Source: the human T2T-CHM13v2.0 reference genome, Homo sapiens
Length of the DNA stretch: 64,000 nucleotides
NCBI RefSeq assembly: GCF_009914755.1
Contig: NC_060930.1
Direction: 5' to 3' (one strand)
Within the stretch, counting starts at the first letter, position 1; the number at the start of each line of letters is the position of its first letter. The notes under the pieces were generated by a model. That model did no database searches. It was not told the DNA's origin and saw only the letters and a list, made by a program, of their open reading frames with translations. Shown in pieces: positions 13,183-24,100 of the stretch. A program made the position numbers and the translations under genes.

Positions 13183-14830
13183 TGCTGGAAACTAAGTCAA
13201 GAAAAACAAAGGTCTGCATTGAAATATGTAGTTTAAAAAACTTCTAAGAGGGGGAATACCAATATAATGATCTCGATTATCTCAAAGGAACTGTGATTCC
13301 CAGATTCATTAACAATGGAACAAAAGAAGAATTGCCCTATGGTACTAGTAGAATCATAATGAGGCCAACCTTGTCTTTGATAGTGACAATAAAGAAAAAG
13401 CTGAAGAACTCTACTGATGCCCTTGAGGTACATCTATAAAAGAGAGAGACCTACTCCCTTCTTTCTGCCTACTTCTGCTACCCTTACGCCATCAAAAAGA
13501 AAATAGATTCCTTAATAGTTAATTATAGTACTGACATTCATTCTTCATCTCAATTTTTGGAGGAAAGTTTATTTTCAATATGTACCATCTCTCAATTGGC
13601 TATTCTATACGAAAAGTAAAACGGTTTGTCCTTTTATTTATACCAGACTCTAATTAAGATGACAAGGTTGTGATTACACAGATATGGTTGTGCAAATACT
13701 TTATTAGCTGTTATTTCCCTAATGGAGTAACTAGAAGTTATGTTTATTTTCTTCCTTATACTTGTGAATATTTTCAAATTTCTCTGTATACAAAAAATAC
13801 AATTAATGCATTGAAGATATAGCTTATTCAAGTTTACTCAATCCATTATTTGGTAAGAAGATTGTTTCGTATTTTCATTATCTCCTAAAAAGACACTCAG
13901 CATTTTGTTACCCATGTTGTCCTTTCTCAATATGTCAAAAAGTCTCACGTCCTTCAGATGAAACAACAAGACCACTTAGTTTTGGAAACACTCACCTTTC
14001 TGTCATTAGTCATATAAATTGTTTAATTTGTAAATTAAAGTTATGCTGCCTAGATTTGTTTCTTGTGTGTGAGACTGTCACTCCCAAATTCTTGGAAAGA
14101 AAGAAAATTCCGAACAATTTATCTGTGATGCTTCTCAGGCTTCACTTACTGTAAATAGTGTATCATTGATACTTGTTCCATCCATTGCCTTTATGCTCAA
14201 TTATGTGCAAAAAAGGGATGAGGGATGAACAATTATTGACGGTTCATGGAAAATGATATACAATTTCACTCCCATACCTTACTGGGTATTACTATTTATA
14301 TTGTATGGATGATGTAATTGAGGCTTAAGACAGTTAATTAACCTATGCCAATGCTACGTTCTTAGGTAATGTCAGAAATTAGTCTTCATCCAATTATGAC
14401 TTCGAAGTCAATGACTTTGAAAGAGACATTGACTCATTGAAAGAGACACAGTTTTAATTGGGAAAAGGCAGACATTGTTGCAGCACAATGGAGACCCTTT
14501 ATTTTTACTTTAATAATTCCCTTATTAATACATAACTGTATATGTTAATAGTAAAATCATTAATATGCCAGCTTATACAATATACTTAAACAGCCATACT
14601 TTTCCATTTTCCTATTAAAGGTAGTTCTAGTATAATTGTTTCAAGTCACAAACATGAGAATTAATTCCATTACTTATTTTTAGAATAAAATGTAAAAAAT
14701 TTTTACATATCAAATTTTTTTGTGTGTGTGCGTAATATTGCTGTAATTTACCTTCTTAACTGTAAAAGAATAAAATTAACTTGAGGTCATTCTGAATACA
14801 AATTTATTAAAGTTTTGAAAATCATGGATA

Positions 14831-15170
14831 GGCCAGGCACAGTGGCTCATTCCTATAATCCTAACATTTTGGGAGACTGAGGTGAGAGCACATAACTTGA
14901 GCCCAGGAGTTCAAGATCAGCCTGGAAAGCACAGTGAGACCTCATCTCTACTAAAAACAAACAAACAAAAACAAAACATAATTAGCTGGGCATGGTGGCA
15001 AGTGCCTGTAGTCCCAGCTACTCAGGAGGCTGAGGTGGGATGATCATTTGAGCCTAGGAGTTTGAGGCAGCAGTGAACTATGATCACAGCACTGCATTCC
15101 AGCCTGGGTGACAGAAAGAGACCCTGTCTCTAAAACAAACAAACAAACAGACAAACAAAAAACAAAAAAA
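14831..15170 (+). mobile_element. Alu (AluJ-like)
   Basis: Dimeric Alu with (AAAC)n tail; TSD ~AAAATCATGG. Confidence 0.92.
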
Positions 15171-15270
15171 TAAAATCATGGGCAAACTCATTAATCATTT
15201 TACCCTTGACAACATAAAAATGATTGGCATGATAAAATATTCACATTAAAATCAATGATTTAACACTTAC

Positions 15271-15307
15271 TGTTGGTTTTCTGAGCAGGATGAAATATCT
15301 ACTTTAT
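15271..15307 (-). other. CRISP2: CRISP2 5'UTR exon (37 nt), paralogue of the CRISP3 first coding exon
   Basis: TTTCTTTCTAAAG acceptor (15308-15309), GTAAGT donor (15269-15270); aligns without gaps to 48306-48342. Confidence 0.8.
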
Positions 15308-16486
15308 CTTTAGAAAGAAAGAAGGTGGAAGGTTTAGAGCAGCATATATATTACACATATTCCTGTTTTGTCAAACTCTGGTTTTGTTAAATAAATCTAA
15401 GTCAACAAAGTTCTGAAGTAGTATTTTTCATACCAGTAACCTTAAACTTCATTGTCAGTTGTCTGATAATGCTTTTGACATTATTTGCTTCCCACATAGT
15501 TTTTAACATGAGTAAGTAAATCATGCCCTCCCTTTCTAATCAGTTCTCCCTTCTCCTTAGGCACACGATAATCTGCATGTGGCCTTTTTGGACTAGTATT
15601 TCTATATTGACAACCCAAGACAGGTTAACTACTGTGAAGGTTACCAGGATTCTGCCTTATAGCTGAACTCTCATAGTTCAGCTGTCTATGATTTTTACTT
15701 TCTAATTATCAACTACCTGTAGCTTATTGGTTACGGGTGCATTCTTTGGAAACCATCAGGTCTGGGAAATCTATGCCAAGCTTCAGTGTTTTTCTTATGT
15801 AAAATGTAGATTTTTATATCACAGGTTTTTGCTTTGAAGACTGGAAGGGACAATGTATGTAACACCTCTAATACAATAAACACATTATGCACATAATACA
15901 AATAAACGGAAATTATTCATGTTTTTATTATCTTTTGCAATGTCTGCTAGTTTGTTGAGCTCATAAGAGCTTTCTATAAACATATGCTGTTTGATTGAAT
16001 TGCTAATTACTAAGTGTTTAAGAGACATGTGTTTCCTTCCAGGTGTTATAGGAAAATACAATCAGTATAATCTAATTCGAGATTCACATGTTCAAGGCCT
16101 GGTTCTATTAGACACCTTCTGGCTGACTTTAGGAAAATGCTCTAACATCTGGGCTGTTGTATCCTCATCAGCTCATTGAAAGCCATACACAGGAGCCTGA
16201 AGAGTTTTGTATAGCTCAATCACCCAGTGTATGCATCTGATGAGCCAGAATTCTATAATAGGCCATGATGCCATACTCTCCTCTTTGCTGCTCTTCTCTC
16301 TCATAACCTCAACCATCTAACCTATACTCATCTTCATTGAGTCAATGAAAGCAATGTCACTGTTGGTGAGAGTATATTCAAGGAAAAATATTTTTTTCTA
16401 TTCCATATAATTACATTTTATTCCTTTAAACCCATATTGATATATAGTTGAAAAGTTGGCTACCATTTTTTTTCTTTGCTACTTAC

Positions 16487-16590
16487 TAATGGTGAAGTAC
16501 TGTGCTCTTTCTTGCAGGTGTTTTAAGATCAGGATGACATGGTTTTCCTAGAGTGTCTTTAGGAGGGCCATGGTGTATAATTTTATAACC
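16487..16590 (-). other. CRISP2: CRISP2 5'UTR exon (104 nt) containing two uORFs
   Basis: TTTTGTTTCCTTGTTCTAG acceptor (16591-16592), GTAAGT donor (16485-16486). Confidence 0.7.
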
Positions 16591-17279
16591 CTAGAACAAG
16601 GAAACAAAATATTTAAAATAAAGATGTGAAGAATACCCTTATAGATGGTATCTATAATCTTTGTCACAAACTTAAATTTTGACTCAATTGTTTAGTATTG
16701 TTTCTAATAATTTACTGTATTTATTTGATTTCAGCGTTAAGACCATATTGTCCTTCTGAGGTCAGATTGTATTTCAACGCCCTGATATTTCCTTCAAACA
16801 CTAACAAAAAAGTGGACTTCTTGAAGTTCAGTAACTACTAGTTGGCTAACTTGCTTGGAAAATTGCAACCTTTTTTCAAGACTCCCAACCCCTTATCTAG
16901 GACTTCAACCCATTCTTTAAAAGATCATTTCCATAAGCAGTGTCCCACATGGTAAGTATTAACTACGTGGATTTGGGGGTAACAGCTTTGTCTCTTCATT
17001 TTTTTTTTAAATTCTGGAAGCCAATAGATGATATAAAGTCCAGCAGAGTCAATGACCCCAACTCTAATTGTTATTACAGTTTCTAATAACTGTACATTCA
17101 AAACATCAATTAGAAACTAAGAGTCTTAATTTGACTTCGTAAAAAGCAGATTGAGAAATGACTTCAGGCTTCTACTATGATTCAATGGGTCTTATGTACT
17201 TAGAATGATTTCTCTTTTAAGGTAGGTAAAGAGTTTCAATAGACTAAACATAGAGAAGCATGTTGAAAGTTATGGTAGG

Positions 17280-17840
17280 TCGGCGCTAAGCAACAAAATT
17301 GAACTCTCAGTCTGCCCGGCATTAGCTATGTGCCCTCCAGATGCCGGAAGAGGAGCGAAGGAGGATCAGAAACCCCCTCACCTCAACGATGGTTCTCTCC
17401 CCTGTGCTTCACCCCACCTCCCCGTCCCTAGCCATTTCTAGTCTCCAATCCGGGTCTTACATTTACCCTGGCTCCAGAGCACAGACCTTCCTGCAGTTGG
17501 GCCGGCGCGTTGCGGCGTTGAGGAGCTGCTGCGCGCCCCTCTCACCGCGATTGTTCACTTGCCAGGCGCCACGTGTGGGCGACGTCACTGGGCTTTATGC
17601 TTTCATCGCCGCTATCTGCCTACGTGAGCTGCTCTCCTCCCATCGCCCCCGCCTCCCCTACTACGGAGAAAATCTTGCACGTTTTCCCTTGTGAAAAGCA
17701 GAGTTCTCTTTTTCTCATTACCACCAGTTGATGAGGAAAGAAAATGTCTGTTCGCATACCTGCGCCGTACTAGGAGGAGGAGGGAGGTCATATAAGGATT
17801 CGGGTTGCCCAGGGGGTGGCTTGAAAAAGGAGGCGTTCGC
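17280..17840 (-). promoter_or_regulatory. CRISP2: CpG-rich promoter of CRISP2 with CRE-like TGACGTCG (17580-17587), E-box CACGTG (17570-17575) and CATAAA (17594-17599)
   Basis: The only clearly CpG-dense non-repeat stretch in an AT-rich window; motifs read directly from sequence. Confidence 0.75.
17467..17580 (-). other. CRISP2: CRISP2 first exon (non-coding); TSS approximate
   Basis: Lies in the CpG-rich patch; AGG|GTAAAT donor at 17465-17466, with alternative donors at 17459-17460 (GTAAGA) and 17380-17381 (GAG|GTGAGG). Confidence 0.65.
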
Positions 17841-19699
17841 ATTCAAACAAGAATGCCTGAATTAATGTAGTTCAATTTAAAGAGCTAATTAGGAGTCCAC
17901 AGGTGCTTAAGTTTGCAGTGCGCTGCCAGTGTCATGCCAACGACGCACTCCAGTTACACAGGTTGTCAGTTTCAGGCTCCCTCATAAACACTTCATGTTC
18001 TTGTCCCTCTTCCCCGTTGGCAACAGTTTTATGGTGAGAAAATTCACGAAGAGTAACAGGAACAACTCTTATGAAAATACGCAGAACTCCTGACCCAAGG
18101 CTACTGGCTGCAAGTTTAGCATACGTATCAAGCATGGGTTAAAGACATGTTTTCTCTCTCAGAAGGCGGATGAGTAATAGGTGCATTTTCTTCTATTCAC
18201 AGTTGTTTTCAAAGCGAAAAGGAGTGAATTCGCTTATGACCTAGAGGAAGAGAGATGGGTCAAAAGATGTCAAGCCAAGGATTAATATCCGTCATACCTT
18301 GGTTCTCTGTAAGCCATGCAATAAGAGGCTTGAGATTTCACCAACTCTGGAGACTCACTTGGGCACAACTGAAACTATAACAAACTTGGTGCTCAGTGCC
18401 ATTTTCCTTTGGCAGTGTTACAAGGTAATTTCAAGGGATCAGCACACAGACATTGTTTTAGTTTTCTTTTGCTGCTTATTTCAGTTCATGCAGCACTGAC
18501 TAAAAATTTTGGAATTTAGACTGCTTAACGCTTATATCTACATCCAATATCAAAATTCATTACTGACAGTTTGCCTTTCTAAATATTTATGAAATCTAGT
18601 CCTCAATCTGTCCCTCACTTCTATATTCATGTTTTCACCATATCTTGCTTAAGTTATTAATTGGACATTTCAAATACCTATATGCACAAAATCTCTGCCT
18701 ACCTATTTGTTCTTTCTTTCTAGTGCCGAACAATTCATTCTCAGCACTATAATAGTCTATCATTTACTGTGAATATCTTATTTTTCATTTTTGGAGAAGA
18801 GTCATTCCTGTAATTATTACTTGTTCCCATATTCACATTGATGATATCAGAATGAGAGCAACTTGAGCGCTGTGGTGCCAGATATTGTTGGTGAACCTGA
18901 ATTTCAGAAATTGGCTATGTCTGTCTTGATTATTGCTGTATCTCCAAAACTAACACAATACCAAATATAGGTGGTAGTTTGTAAATATTTGTTAAGTGAG
19001 TAAATATTGACCCGACATAGATTCTTAGAAAATACAGAAAAAAGGACATAAAATCTCTTTCTTCTAAGACTCATAGTACTACGAGAGAAAGGAGTATGTA
19101 TATGAATAAGTAAAGAATACTATTAGGTAGTGTAGTTTAATGCTAAGTAGGGCGACCAAAAATATATACAGTAATTGAGAGTTCTGTGAGTTGATATGAT
19201 CTGGGTAAAACCTAGGAAAGTTTTGACATTTGAACTGTTATTGAATAATGCGTATGGCTTGATTTGAAGGGAGAAAGAGTTGAAGAACAAAAGCAGATAA
19301 ATCATTGTATCACAAGGCATATTCAAGACAGAAAGACTGTTGAAAAGGTTGGGGAAACTTTGTATAGAAGTCTAAGGAGATTTGCTTCTCTGTATAACAT
19401 GGGAAAGTAATTTCATTGACATTTTGGAGGGTTGGGAAATTCTTTGATCAAAAGAATGTTTCATAAAAGCCACCTGATCTCACTGCATGGGGTGATTTAC
19501 AGAGCTGAGAAATTGATGGCAGCAAAAATAAGTGTGGTAACAATTCCCCAGATTAATTTTGTAGTAGTAGAAATAGGACAAAAGGGTGGAATATGAAGAG
19601 ATTTTTAAAAAGTGTTGATAGATTTTGTATGAAGGGCAAATCCAGAATAGAAGACTTGTAAGTTTGGTGCCTGAATGTGTTGGAGAGCACATGGAAAGT

Positions 19700-20894
19700 A
19701 GATCTCCATTACTGAGAGGAATAGTACAGGTACTTCTAAGAACATTGCCAGGAGTCCTTTGCTTTTCTAGAAGGGCATCATTTGTTAGTTCCTTTTTCTA
19801 TGGTTTGGAGTAAAAGAAGCAATGATTAGAAATGCATTCCTCATAGTAGGCTCTATAGCAGATTCTACTGTATAGGATATAGTTAAATACCAGACTTTAA
19901 ATTCTCTTGTGAAAATTATGATAGAATTGGCTGAATAGAGAAGTATCTGTGCAGCTGCTGGCACTTGTGGCCTATGGAGAAATACATCAGATGAAGACTA
20001 TAGAGATTTAGCTGTAGAGGATAAATGAAGAGATTGCTTAGTTAAGTAAGTAGACTCTTAAGCTCATTTTTTGATCTATTTAATTTTAGGTGGTTTGGTT
20101 TATGGGTAACCTGGGTAAAGAGCATACTCCAAACTCTTGGTATTATCCTCCCGATAGTCATAATAATAGTTTCCCTGGTACACTGTATTCTCTCAAAGGT
20201 TTTAAGTGCTTCCACGCAGCCATTGCTAGAATGTCAAATGGTCTCTCTTCAATTAGAATGACAAGAGCTGAAAGAAATGTGTGACCATGAGGACACCATA
20301 ACCTATGAATGATGTGGTGAGACCAGAAACCCGAAATAATGGTAACTGAGAGTGGTGCTAAGGCCCTAAGTTTTGGTCACACTCTCACCTAAGTGAGAAC
20401 CTTATCAAAAAGGGGGGAATTTTCTTTTTAAGCAAAAGCATAGGAGGCAATTGTTTTGGACTGAGTTCATGCACTAGGCCCCAAAAGACCAAACCAAACC
20501 AAACCAAAACAGAGTCGCTTGTGCTAAGACATTAAGGAAACACATAGATCCTAGAAAAGACCAGGTTTTGTTTTTCTCCTGCAAATTTCCATAACAAACA
20601 TTGCTGAAAGAATAGGTATCCACCCCCTAAAATTCCCATTAAATCTTTAACCCAATTCATTTCCTCTCGCCTAGAGACGATTAAGCTTTAGATGATCATG
20701 TGACAAGGGTTCCAGCCAGTTCCAGGTGAAGATGCCTCCCCTGGCCATCAAGGAGCTACCCTTCCTTCACTAGAGAGAGCAAGGCAAGAGGTCTGTGATC
20801 CCCACACCAGTCATAAAGCATTTACAGAAGAAAGACCATCGGTTGTTCCACCTCCCATAAAGACTTATGGAGATCACATCTTTCAGGGGGAAAT
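19700..20894 (+). mobile_element. ERV1 (MER4-group) internal 3' remnant with polypurine tract; 5' boundary approximate
   Basis: MER4-group internal motifs (GGCCCTAAGTTTTGGTCACACTCTCACCTAAGTGAGAAC); AGGGGGAAA PPT immediately before the LTR at 20895. Confidence 0.65.
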
Positions 20895-21163
20895 TGAGGC
20901 AGGAGAATAGGGCCTAGAGGCAGAGAACGAAAGGACTTTCTAGAACTAAATCAAGGGGAAACACTTCTTCTAGAAACACTGTATTGGTACAGAAAAAATT
21001 TCTCAAGTGAGCATGTGTACAACTCCATTAAACACACTGTGCATGAGGCTGCTCCCAAGTGCTAGCAGGCTACTGCACATGCAGATGGCCTAATCCAAGG
21101 GAAGAGTAATGCAAGACCCTGGAAGTATGCCAACATATAAAACCCCAAGTCAAAAGGTCAAAT

Positions 21164-24100
21164 TGTTAGAGGAAAGAATGGCTACTCCATAGGCAGAGCA
21201 GCCCCAAGGGCTGCTGGTTGCCAATTTTTATGGTTATTCTGATTATATACGAAACAAAGGGTGGATTTTTCATGTCTCCCCTTTGTAGACCATATAGGGT
21301 AACTTCGTGACATTGCCATGGCATTTGTAAACTGTCACAACCCTTGTGGAAGTGTAGCAGTGAGGACGACCAGCAGTCACTCTTGTTGCCATCTTGGTTT
21401 TGGTAGGTTTTAGCTGACTTGTTTACTGCAAACTGTTTTACAAGAAAGGTCTTTATGACCTGTATTTTGTGCCAAACTCCTATCTTATCCTTTTACTTAG
21501 AATGCCTTAACTGTCTGGGAATGCAGCCCAGTAGGTCTCAGCCTCATTTTACCCAGCCCCTATTTAAGATGGAGTTGCTCCGGTTCACATTCCTCTGACA
21601 TTTCTCCTCTCCCTTTTATAAAAGAACCCTTAATCCTAACAGTTGCAGAAGGATGAAGATTCATCTTCTTTAACTTCTTCAGGCTGAATGGGGCAATGAT
21701 ATTTCTGTGTAACTATTAGGGTCTCTTGTGTTCAGGGTACAGAGGAGTTCAGTCAGAATGCATTAGTATGATGAAGGCCATTCATAACTCTTAAGTTCCA
21801 AGAAAAGGTGATATCTGGAAGATTTTTTTAAAAAGTTGAGTAAGTTTATCCTCTATTCCTACACAAAGAGCACAACAGCAAGATATTTTAAAACAGTAAA
21901 GCAGAATAAGCAAAATTGTCCTAAGTTAACTAAATTAGAAGGCTTTCCATGAATTGGGCAACTATTGAAACCAAGCTGATATGGGGTCACTAGCTGATTC
22001 CAGTGTGCCCAGAATTGGAATATTGATTCATATTTTTACATTACCCATTCCTTTATTTTCTTCTGAGCAGCAGCCAGAGATTGCTGGTTGGTTCACAGGA
22101 ATAAGCAGGGTTAGTCTAAATTGCAGAAAAAAACTCAAAACAACTGATGAGACTAGAATCTAAGAGCAAGTACACCATAGTTCTTGAAACATAATTCTCT
22201 CTCCAGTTTCCCATTTTTACAAAGGACAAATAATGGTAAAACTGACTTGCTTTACTATGCTTGGCTGGATTCTTTGTATAAAGTATAGCAAGAATAATTA
22301 TTTTTCATGTAAGCTTTTTAAAAATTGGCTTTGATGGAACTCTGTTTCATAAAAGGAATCTCAGATAAGGTTTTTTTAAAGCCAAGCCCAGCCATGGGTT
22401 TTTTACCCTCAAATACCTAACAGTTGGCTAAATTCCTCTACTCTTGAGGTTTCAGGACAATTTGGGGCTTTTAGGTCTGTCAGAAAGTGACATTCTTTAC
22501 TTACCAAAGGTGAAGAACCCTGTAGAGGGACTGTGTAGACAAGGTATGAGGCCAGTTTTCTGAAGGGGCCTTTATTGGCTTTACTAGTCAAGTTTGATTC
22601 CTTAAAGGAAAGCACAGCCTTCCAGTCAAAGCTTTGATAAAATAAACAATTTCTCCAATTGTGTCCTGTTGCAAAAGAAAACCGATTCTTATTGCACTTA
22701 TGCAAATAACTACATTGCCATAAATTAAGAATACCCACAAACCATTTTCAAATTCTGGATAAATCAGTAGAGAGAAACAAATGTGCTCCTGATTTTGTTT
22801 ATAGAAGAATACTTTACCTAATTGTTAAAAGCTGTAAATAGCTTAAAATAAAATTTTCTAGACCCTGAAAAACAAAACAAAGGATTAGCAACATTTTAAG
22901 CACAGTCAAAAAGATTATTTTTTTAGTTTAGTCCATGCAGTTAACTCCTGTTCTGAAAAATAGTCATAAATATTTCAGCTCTTCATCAGAATCCTGAAAG
23001 TGTTTTCCTCTATTCTAATGTCACAATTTCCAAAGATATCAGGAAACCTGCATTTAGCACCTGTGAAAGTCCTATAGTTGATCATAAAACCACCTTTTTA
23101 AGAGGGTTAAAACAAGGCAATAATTGTCTGTGGATGACAAAATGTTTTAGGGCAGCCACAGTCAAAAACATGATTGACAAAGAAATTAGGTTACCTTTGT
23201 GGTATACAATGATTTTATGTAACAATTATTAATAATATACACTAAGTCATATCAAAATTATAGGAGATTTTTATAATTTTGGAACACATACCAGTAATAT
23301 ACTAATACAAATACAGCCCAAAGAAGGCCAAACACCATTTCATATTTGACAATGCTTCCTGTATGACTTTTATATCAAATAAACCAAATTTCACTTCTGC
23401 ATTAGTGTACTATTAATGTTAAATCCAATTTTTAATAAAACCTTATAGACAAATCTATCCAATTTTAATGTCTGACCATAAGGTAATATTCTCTTAAATC
23501 TTTTATAACTCTTTATAAATTTTTGTTAAATGGTAGATCAGTGCTCTCAGAAAAACCTGTTGTGCTTTTATTCCAATGTTTAATTTTTAGAAAAACTGAA
23601 ATAATACTGCTTTAACTTTAGTCAATATGTTCACACCCAGAATTTCTTTTACAATTAATTTTTCACAAACCTTTCACAACTTGCTTAAAGCTTCAGCTTC
23701 ATCTGAACTCAAACAATCCTTTACCCTTTAGGCAAAAAACAAGTCACATTCCCATGACTTCTTATAATTTATTTTAAACTGAAAACACATTTTACTTTCT
23801 TTGTACACCTTTCATGTAAAACTTTTTCTTCAGTAGTCTCAATTACATGTTATAATGTTAACTCTTATCAACGTTTACTTATGGTGAAAACCTTGGTAAG
23901 TTAGGATTTTAATTGTTTACTAAATGTAGAGCCTAGGATCCAGATAGAAGTGCAGATAAGGTCTGACTTTTTCCAATGTCTAACTCCACATGTCTCAGGC
24001 TTTACCTAGCTGTAAAGTAGGCAAGTTGTACAGTTAAGAGTCATAGTGGCATTTTATGAAGCATTTAAGAGGACTAGCCACCTTTAAATTGCACATTTCT

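Noticed and set aside
13435-13442. Plus-strand TATAAAAG, also present as TATAAAT at 41619 in CRISP3
   Set aside because: Short AT motif in paralogous AT-rich DNA; no other support for an antisense promoter
17341-17694. 117-aa plus-strand ORF over the CpG island
   Set aside because: Stop-poor GC-rich sequence with no recognisable protein features
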